From positions 30,012 to 94,011 of the IMG/VR virus record IMGVR_UViG_3300031949_000013: a stretch of DNA of 64,000 bases. One strand, written 5' to 3'. Within the stretch, counting starts at the first letter, position 1. Each line of letters starts with the position of its first letter. The notes below the pieces were generated by a model. That model saw only the letters and a program-made list of their open reading frames with translations, was not told the DNA's origin and did not search any database. Of this stretch, positions 1 to 9,297 are shown one piece after another. Both the position numbers and the translations under genes were made by a program. Source of the DNA: a virus.

Positions 1-2064
1 TCGAAGCGTGGCCTTGCCGTTCAGCGAAACGAAGCGGCCATTCTCGGTCTGCTTCGAGGTCGGCCCGAACTTGTCGATGTCGTAGGGCGTCCGGAAGTTG
101 ACGTGGGAGAGCGTGTTGTTCGCGATGAAGGGTTTGAAGTATTCACACTTCGCCATGTGGCTGGTCACCTCATTGAAGAGGAGACCAGCCTGGTCTTTGT
201 CAGTAGCAACCGAGATAAGTTGGATCCGGTTGCCGTTCGGCAGCCCGTAATAGTTCTGTGGGTTGTACAGATTCAGAAGACGATAGACTTCGTAGCTGGC
301 GAAGATGCCTGCAAGCGTGGTGTTGTGATTGGTGAACCCGTTCCCGACGAAGGCTTCTCCGTCTGGAACAGTCAAGTCGAAGACATGTGCCTCCGCCTGC
401 TCCACTGCGGATACAGCCGAGTAAAAGTAGTCCAGCCGGAGCAACTCTTCAAAGTGAGAGGTGTCCGCACCCAGCTCTTTACCTATTCCAATAAGTCGAG
501 GAATCCGTGGGTAAGTCAGGTCTTCACCAGAACCAGGCTTACACACATTGCCGGCCACCTCCCGAAGTTTGGATCGCCCCCAACCTAACTCACCCCTAGC
601 TGGATTCCTCTTGGGAACTGATTCGAGAAGGTCTCGGACTCGTTGATACTGATGCGGGATGCTCTCGGTATCCGATTTGCCTTCTTGAGCGTCCTTTAAC
701 GCCGCCAACACCGGAAGACGCTTCTTGTCAGAGTCAAACCCGATCAACCCGGCAAATATCTGACGAGAGCGCATTCCTTTGAGAGACAGGTTGGCATAAT
801 ACCTCTTCGTCTTCTTGTTCCACTTCGTCTTGACGCCCGAGACAATCCCAAGATTCAGCAGGAGTACCTGTACCTCATGGGCTAACCGGAAGCTAGCAGA
901 GGAAAAGGTAATGTGACTTCCACCACTTTCCGCACACCCGTCCGTCTCAAAGAGACCACGGAGAAACGCACAGACAACTGGCTTTGGGGATCTGAGGATG
1001 GCCCAGGGGACCATCTTGGAGTACCTGTCCCAACCCATCTCCCAACCGATGTCGTGAAAGAATCTCCGCACCCCAACGCTACAGAACTCCAGCCTTCCAG
1101 TGCTATTCGTGCGTTCATCCATCTGGATGCGAGGCTCACCGAGGAGGCTTCTGAAGTGACTTGTGAGATGCTCCCACGTCTCAGAGTGCTCTACGGTGAA
1201 CGCCGTTGAGTGGTCATCATTCCAGGTACCGTCGCCAACAAGGTACCCTAAGAAGTTGCCTAGCTTCTCATCGAGTATGCAGGGCAGGTCAACTTTCTTG
1301 ATCCCCTCCGTATTGTGGTAGGGGCGTAAGTCCAGGTAGTCCTTGGCCCACAGATCAGTGGATCTATTGATTGCTACGAAATCCCCTACCCTCAGTTGGT
1401 CCAGGTATCTCCACTCGACCTTACCTGCTTCGGACAGAACCTTGATACGATGATTCCCTGTACCAGACAAGGAGTAACCATCTTGGGTCTTCACCTGGAA
1501 GACCTCTTTCACCCCACCATTGTAGAAAGCCACTGACTGCGCTCGTCTACTAGCTTCCTGTACGACCTCCACCTGGAGGCTCGAAAACCCGTCCTCGGGA
1601 GCATTTCCAAGCTCACCTATGCGGAAGATCCCGTTGTTCGTTAGCGTGAGGGTATCCCACTCCACACACTTTCCGGACCTTCTACCAATGGCCAAGATCA
1701 GCTCTCGACGGTCGTGATCCTGTTCTTTGATGTTGCAACGACCCTCGTTGTAGAGATACGAGAGATACTCGACCTCAGTGAACTCGTAAAGAGTCCGGGT
1801 GTTGAACATGTCCGTGATCTTGATACGATCATCAGGATCATCAGGGAGCTTGTCGTCGAGAGGTAAACGGTAAAAGAGCTTGACTATGAACTTCTGGGCA
1901 GGGAAAAGCCTCAGAGCCAAGCCCCAAGGCTGCTCGATGTAATCGAGCACATTGAAGATCCTCTGTGCCCCCGTGCTGTTATCGGGAGCGTCCGCCATGA
2001 GAGACTGCTTCGCTTCATGCGCAGTCTTTCGGAGGAACCCGACAATGCCTTCTTGCTTAGCCAC
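1..2064 (-). CDS. terL: Terminase large subunit (3'-truncated by window edge), intein-containing
   Basis: Hand translation from GTG at 2064: MAKQEGIVGF...RELILAIGRRSGK|intein|TTLAGIFASYEVYRLL...ISVATDKDQAGLLF; terminase-type Walker A GRRSGKT; frame open to position 1. Confidence 0.85.
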   Translation of the reverse strand, partial: MAKQEGIVGFLRKTAHEAKQSLMADAPDNSTGAQRIFNVLDYIEQPWGLALRLFPAQKFIVKLFYRLPLDDKLPDDPDDRIKITDMFNTRTLYEFTEVEYLSYLYNEGRCNIKEQDHDRRELILAIGRRSGKCVEWDTLTLTNNGIFRIGELGNAPEDGFSSLQVEVVQEASRRAQSVAFYNGGVKEVFQVKTQDGYSLSGTGNHRIKVLSEAGKVEWRYLDQLRVGDFVAINRSTDLWAKDYLDLRPYHNTEGIKKVDLPCILDEKLGNFLGYLVGDGTWNDDHSTAFTVEHSETWEHLTSHFRSLLGEPRIQMDERTNSTGRLEFCSVGVRRFFHDIGWEMGWDRYSKMVPWAILRSPKPVVCAFLRGLFETDGCAESGGSHITFSSASFRLAHEVQVLLLNLGIVSGVKTKWNKKTKRYYANLSLKGMRSRQIFAGLIGFDSDKKRLPVLAALKDAQEGKSDTESIPHQYQRVRDLLESVPKRNPARGELGWGRSKLREVAGNVCKPGSGEDLTYPRIPRLIGIGKELGADTSHFEELLRLDYFYSAVSAVEQAEAHVFDLTVPDGEAFVGNGFTNHNTTLAGIFASYEVYRLLNLYNPQNYYGLPNGNRIQLISVATDKDQAGLLFNEVTSHMAKCEYFKPFIANNTLSHVNFRTPYDIDKFGPTSKQTENGRFVSLNGKATLR
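322..1668 (-). mobile_element. Intein with LAGLIDADG homing endonuclease (449 aa) in terminase Walker A
   Basis: Starts CVEWDT, block B TGNHRI, LAGLIDADG motifs LGYLVGDG and FLRGLFETDG, ends VFDLTVPDGEAFVGNGFTNHN followed by Thr+1. Confidence 0.93.
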
Positions 2065-2072
2065 TCAGCACC

Positions 2073-2729
2073 TTACCGGAGCACGCTCTCGGCCTGGTCT
2101 TCCCAGTTCTCCATCATGGACATGAACTTCGTGTAGAACAGATCAGCCTGCTCTGGAGACATCACCTGCTCGACCACGGACTTAATGTTCGTCGCCCAGA
2201 GCTGAAAGACTTTCTGGAAGGATTCGCTGCGAGGATCCAACGTCTGTTGACCCTGCTGTCGCAAATCAGACTGAAGAGCGGCAATCTCCTTCAAGACCTT
2301 CGTGTGTCGGCTGATGAGCTGGGAGGTGTCCTCACCCCGCTTCTGAAGTTCGATGCGCTGAAACTCCAAAGAAGCAGCGTTCTGCGCCACTCGAATGAGT
2401 GTGAGCCGGATAACCTCGGGTGAGCTGGACTTGTTCCTGGCAGCCTGTACCAGTTCGTCACCATCAACGAATCGAAGCTCTGACTCTTGCATCCTGGCGA
2501 GGTATTCCAGGTCGGCGGCTGTCGGAAGGGATACTGTCTTACCCTCCCTTCTGACGGCACGACTACGGCCACCAGTGCTCTTGGAAAACTCCCCAGTGGC
2601 GTTGTGAAACGGCAACACCTGGGCAACCTTTAGCTTTCGGACAGCATCCGAGCCTAGACCGCTGGCGGCTGCCAGGGGCTGCTCCTCCTCGATTTCGATT
2701 TCCTGGATGTTGTTATCGTTGTCTGCCAT
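2073..2729 (-). CDS. Hypothetical helical protein directly upstream of terL (possible small terminase)
   Basis: 218 aa ORF; function inferred from position only. Confidence 0.6.
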   Translation of the reverse strand: MADNDNNIQEIEIEEEQPLAAASGLGSDAVRKLKVAQVLPFHNATGEFSKSTGGRSRAVRREGKTVSLPTAADLEYLARMQESELRFVDGDELVQAARNKSSSPEVIRLTLIRVAQNAASLEFQRIELQKRGEDTSQLISRHTKVLKEIAALQSDLRQQGQQTLDPRSESFQKVFQLWATNIKSVVEQVMSPEQADLFYTKFMSMMENWEDQAESVLR

Positions 2730-2732
2730 GGC

Positions 2733-3131
2733 TCAATGCTTTCCTTCGGGCTTCGTGCCTCCCCCTCCATCAGTCCGAATAAGGAACTGGGAGAGATTCT
2801 TCACGGTGTCGTAGCCCTTGTCTCTCTCGATCTGCTTCTTGGTCCTCTCGTCGAGTTCCTTCCCGGTCTCCGCCAGATTGCGGACATTCATCTGATTCGG
2901 AGTCCCGTGGAAAACATCCTCTGGTCGGATGTCCCGACGATCCGGCTTGACAGTGTCCGTCCGGTCTTCCACTCCCCGAGCATGCTCATCCACGATGCTC
3001 TTTTCGATCCCATGAGGCTTATTGATGGGCTTGGTCAGAGTTTGATCACGCTTCCGCTCTCCCGGCGGCTGATCTGCCAGAAACAAGCGTTGGTGCCTTG
3101 CGGCAACCCGGAGAACGAGGGAGGAGATCAT
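2733..3131 (-). CDS. Hypothetical protein with N-terminal 'RVAARH' motif
   Basis: 132 aa ORF, start overlaps upstream stop. Confidence 0.65.
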   Translation of the reverse strand: MISSLVLRVAARHQRLFLADQPPGERKRDQTLTKPINKPHGIEKSIVDEHARGVEDRTDTVKPDRRDIRPEDVFHGTPNQMNVRNLAETGKELDERTKKQIERDKGYDTVKNLSQFLIRTDGGGGTKPEGKH

Positions 3132-5110
3132 AAGTCGATGTTGGTCCCGCCGAACTCAATACTGATAGGATCCTTCGAGGTAGTCATTTCGATGTCGCCC
3201 GGCTCCTGATGCTGAAGCTGGTATTCAACCATCATGCTCAGACCGTTGTTCATGATGTTCTCGTAGGAGACTTCGGAAGCCTTGCCCGACGCGAGGATGG
3301 CCCGCTGTTCAGCCAACTTGTCCACATAGGGAGGCTCCGTCACGAGAGGCTTGGCCAACACCGAACAAGCCCCAGTGGGATCTCGAAGAACACAGGAAGC
3401 ACACTTCGATCCCATCTTGACGTAGGGCACCAACCTGGAACGATGAAGCCGCCCGGCTTCCTTGCATCCCTTGCCGTAGTCCTCATAGATGGTGGGATCG
3501 ATGTACCTGATCCCCTGAAGGCCCTGCTCAGCGAAGACCTTTCGCAGCTCGTCCTTGGCCGCCCAAAGGTCTCTTGGGTCAAACCTGGATTTCATCAAGT
3601 TGGCGAGATCTTCTCCGTACATGCCCTCGTTCATGTACCGAGATGCCGCTCGGACGACATCCCGGATGGCCAAAGTGTTGGCCTTGTACTGATGCCCAGC
3701 CCCAGCGAACTGGGTCTCGATGGCTAGCCGGGTGCGAGCCCCAGGAGCCGGCTGAGGACCGGAGGCAGCCTTGTGGATGGCCTTCAAAGCCGCAACTGGA
3801 GTAGGCCCCCAGTCCAACCTGTCAGCGTTCCAGGGAAGCCGACAGGCTGTCCGGTGCTCATCCACGACAGCCTTCACGATCTCAGGCGTGAACACCTCAT
3901 CCGGACTAGCTACAAGCTTCCGGCCGTACATCATGCACCGACCGATCTGGGAGAAAATGCACGAGCCACACTTCTTCCCCGCCACGATCGCCTTGATCAT
4001 AGATCCGTGTTTGGCCAGGAAATCCGCTCCCTCACGGCACTCGTCGAAAGACTCCTGAGTCGAATAGACCACTCCGTAGAGCCCAAGATGATCCACAAGA
4101 GGCTTCCACTGAGGAGCGGTGGCCTGGATGTCGGTCAGGTCGAAAGCAAGTCGAAGTGACTGGACGATCTCCTCCTGGCTTCGGCCCTTGATCATCTCTC
4201 GACGAAGGAACGCCACGATCGGACGAGCCTTCAACTCGGCAGTCTTCTCCAGCTCGGCCTCGCGGTTCTTCTTCACCAAAGCCGAGGCCGCGATGAAGTC
4301 TGACTTAGCCCCCTCCGAAGTGACCGTGGAAGGTGGCTTATACTGCGTCTGCCCACTGAACTGCTGGGCTTCCGAAGTTGCTTTGGGAGCCAGGAAAGCG
4401 GCCCGAATTCTCTCTTTTGGATCCAACGTCGAAGCCTGAACAACCTTGCCCTTAGCACGCTGGAGATTCTCGACCTGGTTTGCCAACTCCTGATTGTACG
4501 GAACCTGGATCTGGATCTCCTTGTGGAAGACAGAGCAGTGGTGCGTTCCATCAGGGGTGCCCATGTGATGGGTGCAGTTGCCACACGCCTTTTTGGCCAC
4601 AACGAAACGAGCCGTTGAAGCCGTCTTTTGGGCAAACTCGACCGCCTTGCCACCTTGAGTACACTCCGGGAAATCCGAAGCCTCAATGTAGAAGCGACCA
4701 AGAAGACCTCGCTCGGCAAAGACCTGGGCCAGACCCGTCTTGGCTGCCTTGAGCGTCTCGGCGTCGTATCTCGATGTGAGAGCTTCCTTGATCCGTGCCG
4801 GGTCATTATACTGCATCACAGCCAGACGAGCCGTGCGAATGACGACCTCGGGAGACGTGCGAAGAGGTCCATGTGCTCGGGACAGATCACCCATAGTCTT
4901 CGGGTCGGTGTTCGGAACCAACCGCAAAGGCGAGGCATCTCGATTGTGATCCCAAAGCATGTTGAGGTCGGGAACCACATCCAAGTTCTGCTTGGGTAGT
5001 GTATCCTCGGTCCGGTACTTCTGCTCATCCACAGCCAGCCATTCGAGGTCGGAAACCCCGACGCCGGAACCTTCCTTCATGAAGTCTGTGATGTCTCCAA
5101 GTTCAGCCAT
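3128..5110 (-). CDS. Cys-rich protein with three internal repeats, putative virion protein
   Basis: 660 aa; unit 'L..R(Y/F)D...GL.G..Y....C..G....CxxC...C' occurs three times. Confidence 0.7.
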   Translation of the reverse strand: MAELGDITDFMKEGSGVGVSDLEWLAVDEQKYRTEDTLPKQNLDVVPDLNMLWDHNRDASPLRLVPNTDPKTMGDLSRAHGPLRTSPEVVIRTARLAVMQYNDPARIKEALTSRYDAETLKAAKTGLAQVFAERGLLGRFYIEASDFPECTQGGKAVEFAQKTASTARFVVAKKACGNCTHHMGTPDGTHHCSVFHKEIQIQVPYNQELANQVENLQRAKGKVVQASTLDPKERIRAAFLAPKATSEAQQFSGQTQYKPPSTVTSEGAKSDFIAASALVKKNREAELEKTAELKARPIVAFLRREMIKGRSQEEIVQSLRLAFDLTDIQATAPQWKPLVDHLGLYGVVYSTQESFDECREGADFLAKHGSMIKAIVAGKKCGSCIFSQIGRCMMYGRKLVASPDEVFTPEIVKAVVDEHRTACRLPWNADRLDWGPTPVAALKAIHKAASGPQPAPGARTRLAIETQFAGAGHQYKANTLAIRDVVRAASRYMNEGMYGEDLANLMKSRFDPRDLWAAKDELRKVFAEQGLQGIRYIDPTIYEDYGKGCKEAGRLHRSRLVPYVKMGSKCASCVLRDPTGACSVLAKPLVTEPPYVDKLAEQRAILASGKASEVSYENIMNNGLSMMVEYQLQHQEPGDIEMTTSKDPISIEFGGTNIDL

Positions 5111-5119
5111 TGAGGTGCC

Positions 5120-7390
5120 TCATCTCTCGGGGCGGCTATAGTTCGGGTCCGGCCGGTAGTTGTGCGTCGTGTAATCGTACCTGATGTACTGGGTGTCGTG
5201 ATGCTCGTACATCTCGCTCTTGTTCGGGAGATCCCTGTCGTAGTTGTACGGGTTGACGGGATCTGCGGGTAACTCGGACTGGGCGATCATCTCGTCGCTC
5301 AATCCCTCTGTGTAGTAGTCTGATCGAGCTACCGGCTCCTCGACATCGATCGGCATCACACTGTTCTGCGACCGCACGTTCGTCCGCTCGTTCAAACTGA
5401 CATCGACACTTGGAGTGTTGTCCTCCGTGAATCCTCCAGGATCACTCGGGAGCCCACTCGTCGGGCCGTACACGCCTTTCGTTCCGGATCCCTCGCCAGA
5501 AGGATTGCCATAACCTCCTGCGCCCTCACCCTCAGCCCCGCCTTCGGCCCCATAACCCAAGCCAAAATCCCAGGCATCCGCAGGTGGATCCAAGTCCTCG
5601 GGCAACCCCGAGGTGGCCTTCCGAGCTAAGAGATTGTGTTTCTTCATCAGGATAGCGTCGTTGACGTCTGACTTGTCCAAATGAAGCCGACGACCCATAG
5701 GAGACTTCAAGATACGATCCTCGGTCCAGCCCTTATCGAGCAGCTCGTTGACCGTTCGATAGTTATCTAGCGAGAGGAGCGGACCCCCACTCGGACGAGG
5801 AGTATCCAGCGGCGGAAACTTCATAGGTCCAGGCCAATCCCCACGACCCGCTTCACGAGTGTCGTTCTCCCAGGGAGTCCGATAGATGTAGTCATCCTCT
5901 CCACCATCGGAGAGCCCCCACTCATCGGTTACCCTAGGTTCATCCTCGTTATAGCTATCCAGAGGACCACGGTCTTCTGCCCGGTCCAAATGATCCACCC
6001 GAGGACCAGGGAGAGAGTCCGGAGACACAGAGGAGTTACCACGGAAGTAACTGTAGGACGCCATCTTGGCGTGCATCTCTGGAGAGAACTTTTGATCCTG
6101 CACCATCTCCGGAGCGAACTTGAGCTTCTTCTTGGGCTTCTTGAGCTTCTTCTTGGGCTTGCCCAACTGCTCAGGACGGGGTTCCTCCGAACCAGGAAGA
6201 CCAGATGATTCCAAAGCTTGCTCGGCTGTGGCTTCGTCTTCCTCATCAAATTCGACAGGCGGCTTGTCCTCGTCTTCTTCTTCGCCCTCGGGAGCTTCTT
6301 CCTCGGCCGGAGCTTCTTCCTCGGCCGGAGCTTCTTCGCCTTCAGAAGTCTCAAAAGGATTCTCAGAGCCTTCTTCTTCGGTTCCTGGCTCCTCACGAGA
6401 GTAACTCTCTTCTTCTTCCTCAGCCGGAACTTCTTCTTCCTCGGCCGGAGCTTCTTCTTCACCTTCCGGAGCTTCTTCTTCCTCAGCCGGAACTTCTTCT
6501 TCCTCAGCCGGAACTTCTTCTTCACCTTCCGGAGGTGCTTCCTCTTCTCCGAGAGGTACTTCCTCTTCGCCCTCGGGAGCTTCTCCGAGAGGTGCTTCCT
6601 CTTCGTCTTCACCAAGCGGGATTTCTTCCTCATCCTCGCCCGATGAGACTTCTTCGTCGTCAGCTCCAAGAGGCGCTTCCTCGCCAAGAGCTTCCCCAAG
6701 CTGTTCTTCCCCAGGCTGTTCTTCACCCGGAGCTTCTAGGTCCACACTCTCCTCGGCTGCGGCATCGGCTGCGGCGTCCTCAATGGCTTCCATGTCTCCT
6801 TCGGCCTCTGCCTCAGGGTCTTGGAGGATCTGTTGCGACTCCTGGAGGAACTTCCGAACATCCATGGCATCTGCGGGATCAAGCTGGTTGAGCTTGGGCT
6901 CCCAATGAGGAGCGTTGATCTCGTCGTGGATGCTGTCCGAGATCGCACTGAGATTCTCACAAGCGTCGTGGAGCTTGTCTCGAATCTCCTTCACCTTCAT
7001 CACATAGCCTCGACCACCAAGCATCCCGTCCGGGGAGATGGTTGAAGACTTGAGCCTGGCGAACTGACGGTAGGCTGTCAATCCATGGCCAAGGGCCACA
7101 CTCATAGCCCAGAGCATTCGGGAAAGCGGCTTGAGTGCTCTTGGATCATAGGGATGATCCTTCGGGATGTTCCGCTTGCCAGGACCACCTTGGTCACCAC
7201 CAGGAAGAGCAGAGACCCCCATGACTGCCGTCCCCTCCGAATCCCCTGTCGGCTCATCATTGCCGAAAGGCGGGGGTCCAGCAGCTATCTTCTCTAGCAC
7301 ATACCACCTCTTGTAGACCCTGGCTCGAAGGCGTTCCTCCGGAGTCAAGGCCAACAAAGTCATATCTACCTTTGTGTGGAGGTTGATCAT
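5120..7390 (-). CDS. Highly acidic low-complexity protein (putative head/scaffold-associated)
   Basis: 756 aa ORF with long Glu-rich repeat tract. Confidence 0.7.
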   Translation of the reverse strand: MINLHTKVDMTLLALTPEERLRARVYKRWYVLEKIAAGPPPFGNDEPTGDSEGTAVMGVSALPGGDQGGPGKRNIPKDHPYDPRALKPLSRMLWAMSVALGHGLTAYRQFARLKSSTISPDGMLGGRGYVMKVKEIRDKLHDACENLSAISDSIHDEINAPHWEPKLNQLDPADAMDVRKFLQESQQILQDPEAEAEGDMEAIEDAAADAAAEESVDLEAPGEEQPGEEQLGEALGEEAPLGADDEEVSSGEDEEEIPLGEDEEEAPLGEAPEGEEEVPLGEEEAPPEGEEEVPAEEEEVPAEEEEAPEGEEEAPAEEEEVPAEEEEESYSREEPGTEEEGSENPFETSEGEEAPAEEEAPAEEEAPEGEEEDEDKPPVEFDEEDEATAEQALESSGLPGSEEPRPEQLGKPKKKLKKPKKKLKFAPEMVQDQKFSPEMHAKMASYSYFRGNSSVSPDSLPGPRVDHLDRAEDRGPLDSYNEDEPRVTDEWGLSDGGEDDYIYRTPWENDTREAGRGDWPGPMKFPPLDTPRPSGGPLLSLDNYRTVNELLDKGWTEDRILKSPMGRRLHLDKSDVNDAILMKKHNLLARKATSGLPEDLDPPADAWDFGLGYGAEGGAEGEGAGGYGNPSGEGSGTKGVYGPTSGLPSDPGGFTEDNTPSVDVSLNERTNVRSQNSVMPIDVEEPVARSDYYTEGLSDEMIAQSELPADPVNPYNYDRDLPNKSEMYEHHDTQYIRYDYTTHNYRPDPNYSRPER
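6270..6740 (-). repeat. Coding tandem repeats (EEE[A/V]P[A/E/L]G?)
   Basis: Imperfect 18-24 nt repeats such as ttcttcctcggccggagc on the + strand. Confidence 0.85.
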
Positions 7391-7393
7391 GCT

Positions 7394-7678
7394 TCAACCC
7401 TTCAAAGGGGTTCCGGTATCATTGAAGAGCCGCTCGATGAAGTAGTTCTCGCCTTCCTGCTTGAGCGCCCACAAGTCTTGCGTGCTTTTGTGGACTAGCA
7501 TATCGGCCGACGCCCGAATGAACCCATTGAGGTCACTCAACGAACCAACCTTCACCCGAGTTGGCTTCGAGGCAGCCACCTTTTGCCCGTGAGGGGTGAT
7601 GACCTGTGGTTCCCTTTCGAAAAAGGCGTCCAGACCAGAGGTACTTGTCTCAATTGAATCTAGCTTGAAGTCCGCCAT
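7394..7678 (-). CDS. Hypothetical protein
   Basis: 94 aa ORF in tight operon. Confidence 0.65.
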   Translation of the reverse strand: MADFKLDSIETSTSGLDAFFEREPQVITPHGQKVAASKPTRVKVGSLSDLNGFIRASADMLVHKSTQDLWALKQEGENYFIERLFNDTGTPLKG

Positions 7679-7683
7679 GTTCC

Positions 7684-8583
7684 TCAGGTGATGTTGAGCT
7701 GAACCAAAACGTCCACGTAAGAGTTATCACTGTAGCCACTGACCCGGAAGGTTTCTTGGTACGTCCCGGTGGCCATAGTGTCGGCAGGAACAACCTGGAC
7801 TGTCACGTCCTGGGTCTCGCCAGAAAGAAGGGTGCCCGAAGTCGGCGTGAAAGCAACCAGCCAGTTGTCGGACAGACAAGTGAGCCGCTGGACTAGGAAC
7901 TCTAGCACGGAGCCCAACGGTCCGATGTTCTCGATAGTGAAGACCTGGTTCGGGAGAAGTGGGAAAGCTCCCGAGAGGGGTTTCACCACGCTGAAAGTGA
8001 GCACCAATGGTGTGGCGTCGATGATGGCCTTCGGCCGAACGTTGATCGTGATCGGAAGAGACTGCGGCGTGTTCGTCGCCGTATCGTCTTGGATCAAAAT
8101 GGTGGCGTTGTAGATGCCCGGGAGCAGACTCGTAGAATCCACAGACACCTGGAAGGTGCCTGACTCCTGGAAACCCAGGTTGCCAACAGTCGAGGGAGCA
8201 ACGGTAACGTAAGAAGCCGAGGGTGTCAGGAGAGCATCCAGCAAGGAACCGTAGACCCCCGAGTTCGTCACCAGGGCATCCTGCTGTTCCGAGAAACCTC
8301 GGCCAGTGTCCACATCGAACGTGAGTGATGCGGGAGGGCCGACCAAAATCACCGGCCGGAACTGGACTGCCAATTCCGAAACGCTGTCGGCCATCGCCGT
8401 GATAACGTCCCCTGGGATAGGAACCGTGTCACGAAGAATACCGAAGGGCGAAACAATGTTGAGGATCACAAATGACGGTGACGCCCCGGAGATATCCATC
8501 CGGGTAGTCCACCGCCAGACTCCTTGGGCCACCTGAAGGCTGAAGGAGTATTCATGACTCTGGAGATTGGCAGCTAGGGGCAC
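7684..8583 (-). CDS. Beta-rich Ig/BACON-like repeat protein, putative structural
   Basis: Two repeats of 'LTF...N.G..GS.L......P..G.L...E...(F/V).V.V....G.Y'. Confidence 0.6.
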   Translation of the reverse strand: MPLAANLQSHEYSFSLQVAQGVWRWTTRMDISGASPSFVILNIVSPFGILRDTVPIPGDVITAMADSVSELAVQFRPVILVGPPASLTFDVDTGRGFSEQQDALVTNSGVYGSLLDALLTPSASYVTVAPSTVGNLGFQESGTFQVSVDSTSLLPGIYNATILIQDDTATNTPQSLPITINVRPKAIIDATPLVLTFSVVKPLSGAFPLLPNQVFTIENIGPLGSVLEFLVQRLTCLSDNWLVAFTPTSGTLLSGETQDVTVQVVPADTMATGTYQETFRVSGYSDNSYVDVLVQLNIT

Positions 8584-8655
8584 GTAGACGGCTCCTCAAA
8601 CAGGAGGGCCGATAAAAGAAACCCCACAAATGTCCGATTTGGCTGTCAGAGCCAG

Positions 8656-9297
8656 TCAAACACAGGCATCCCCACCCCGATTGCTCCACTGAGGCAGTTT
8701 CACTTCCCGGAGAATGTTGAACTTCTTGGAAGCAATAGTCGAGAAGATTTTACGGTAGGGCATGTACTTCCCGTTCAGATCCGCCGCATCCTCGATGACC
8801 TTTACGGCCTTGAAAAACCGGTGACGTACCCGGCCTTGTGTCAAGCCCAACTTCGAGGCGACTTCGGATTGGCAGGTGGTCTGCCACATGCCAATTAGGA
8901 TATCCACGTCGATCTGCTGGGGCAGGATCTCCGGGAGATCCGCTCGTAAGTCGTCCTCGGTGACCTCCGGGATGCTGAGCAAGAACTTGATTCGCTGAAG
9001 ACTACGATCCAGGCGGTAGCTGATGGCCGCCTGTGTAACCTCGAAGATGGCCGCGATGTCCGCCTGACGCTTCTTCAAGATGTAGTAGAGGTAGATGAGA
9101 TCCGCCTCTCGTTCCGGGATACGATCCAACAGGGTTTCCACCCTGGCTTCGTATCCCTCTGGTAAGTCCCCCTCCTCATCGAATTCCTCATACGCATCGA
9201 CTGCCAGCTCATCGAGCTGAAAATCCAGGCCATCCTCTCCAGAGAAGCGATTGGCCAGTTCTGAGGGGTCTACTGGGATCACATACCCAATACTCAT
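8656..9297 (-). CDS. Sigma70 region-4-like protein with two tandem HTH domains
   Basis: IPEREADLIYLYYILKKRQADIAAIFEVTQAAISYRL and CQSEVASKLGLTQGRVRHRF. Confidence 0.7.
   Translation of the reverse strand: MSIGYVIPVDPSELANRFSGEDGLDFQLDELAVDAYEEFDEEGDLPEGYEARVETLLDRIPEREADLIYLYYILKKRQADIAAIFEVTQAAISYRLDRSLQRIKFLLSIPEVTEDDLRADLPEILPQQIDVDILIGMWQTTCQSEVASKLGLTQGRVRHRFFKAVKVIEDAADLNGKYMPYRKIFSTIASKKFNILREVKLPQWSNRGGDACV

Noticed and set aside
103-1209. ORF-track calls at 103-588, 882-1139 and 913-1209
   Set aside because: Shadows of the minus-strand terminase/intein frame
5929-6891. Lys/Arg-rich and Leu/Phe-rich repeat ORFs
   Set aside because: Alternative-frame or antisense reads of the Glu-rich repeat in 5120-7390
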